From Paraphysomonas bandaiensis (Eukaryota; Protista; Chrysophyceae): a DNA stretch of 64,000 bases. Location of the stretch: contig CBFFRP010000134.1 of assembly GCA_965644295.1 (NCBI GenBank), positions 124,001 through 188,000 on the forward strand. The letters are read 5' to 3'. This document shows, in pieces, positions 63,337-64,000 of this stretch; position 1 is the first letter of the stretch, and each line of letters begins with the position of its first letter. The position numbers and the translations under genes were made by a program. The notes under the pieces were generated by a model that saw only the letters and a program-made list of their open reading frames with translations, ran no database searches and was not told where the DNA came from.

Positions 63337-64000
63337 TTATGTCTTGGCAATCATATCTGCGATTTGACGTTCCAATTGCGGATCACGGCAAATGCGCATA
63401 ATCTAAATGGTATAAAGTATGACAGAATTCATTAACTGCTATTGACAAAATACCTCCTGCATCCTTGGAAGGTCTTTCATACGGTAAGCCACATCAACTG
63501 CCCTTTTCCACATCGATAACTCGACATACACATCAAATCGTTCTTCCATAGACGATATTCTCTCAACATATTTGTCGATCTCACTTTCTGGCTGATTATT
63601 CCTGAAAATTCATAATGCTAGTTAGTACATTGAAAATCGTGTGAAAAAGAATTAACATACTTCTTGCACGCAACTGCAAAAGGCTTATAACCGATAGGGG
63701 ATTTTTTCTCAGCTGCCAATCGAGAAAGATATTCCCACTGCCCAGTGCGACTGTAGCACTGGACTTTGAGACTCCACACCATTTTCTCAGACACCTTGAA
63801 CTTCTTTATAATTTTTGCAGATTCCTGATTCCATCTTTGCGACTCTGAAGGATTCTCGACGCTCAGCAAGAATATATTATAAAGCGTCTCTGACAAGGAG
63901 AGATCAAGGAAGTCTCGACCGGATCTCACTTCAAGAGCCTTTTGAATTTCCATTAGTTCCATTTGTTCTTCTGTCATGCTCCGGTACACAGAGAGGTCTC
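63337..64000 (-). CDS. VPS16: Vacuolar protein sorting 16, C-terminal exons (partial)
   Basis: FLDLSLSETL..KKFKVSEK..W.LKV..W..L..LA.EKKSPIGYKPF. Two introns; stop at 63337-63339. Confidence 0.93.

Overview
This is a eukaryotic, AT-rich window with dense genes and many short (~45-60 nt) GT-AG introns. The gene content suggests a flagellated protist, most likely a stramenopile (inference from BBS2, a CFAP96-like gene, a TPK channel, a hybrid histidine kinase and a 2OG oxygenase). About 18 host protein genes are recognisable: DUF455, CFAP96-like, Sel1-repeat, TPR-repeat, RPE, RPL7, BBS2, FG-GAP-like membrane protein, RPS16, USP, villin-headpiece protein, RPAIN-like, hybrid HK, ATAD2, TPK channel, coiled-coil protein, triple-START protein, S1P lyase, 2OG-Fe(II) oxygenase and the 3' end of VPS16. 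There are also two identical tRNA-Arg(UCU) genes and three long (TACA)n arrays, each sitting between divergent genes. The mobile DNA is the most unusual part. (1) A short non-autonomous retroposon family (at least 6 copies or fragments) has 12-bp target-site duplications and an invariant 5' end that folds like an HDV-type self-cleaving ribozyme, resembling the trypanosomatid ingi/L1Tc Pr77 head. (2) A young, intact 5.03-kb Mutator-like element has perfect 181-bp TIRs, a SAP domain inserted in the DDE core, and a convergent accessory Zn-finger gene that shares promoter, first exon, intron and NLS with the transposase. (3) There are several CAGGG...CCCTG hAT MITEs, a decayed piggyBac-like element, and an unclassified decayed coding repeat. 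Exon boundaries were read by eye and are approximate.
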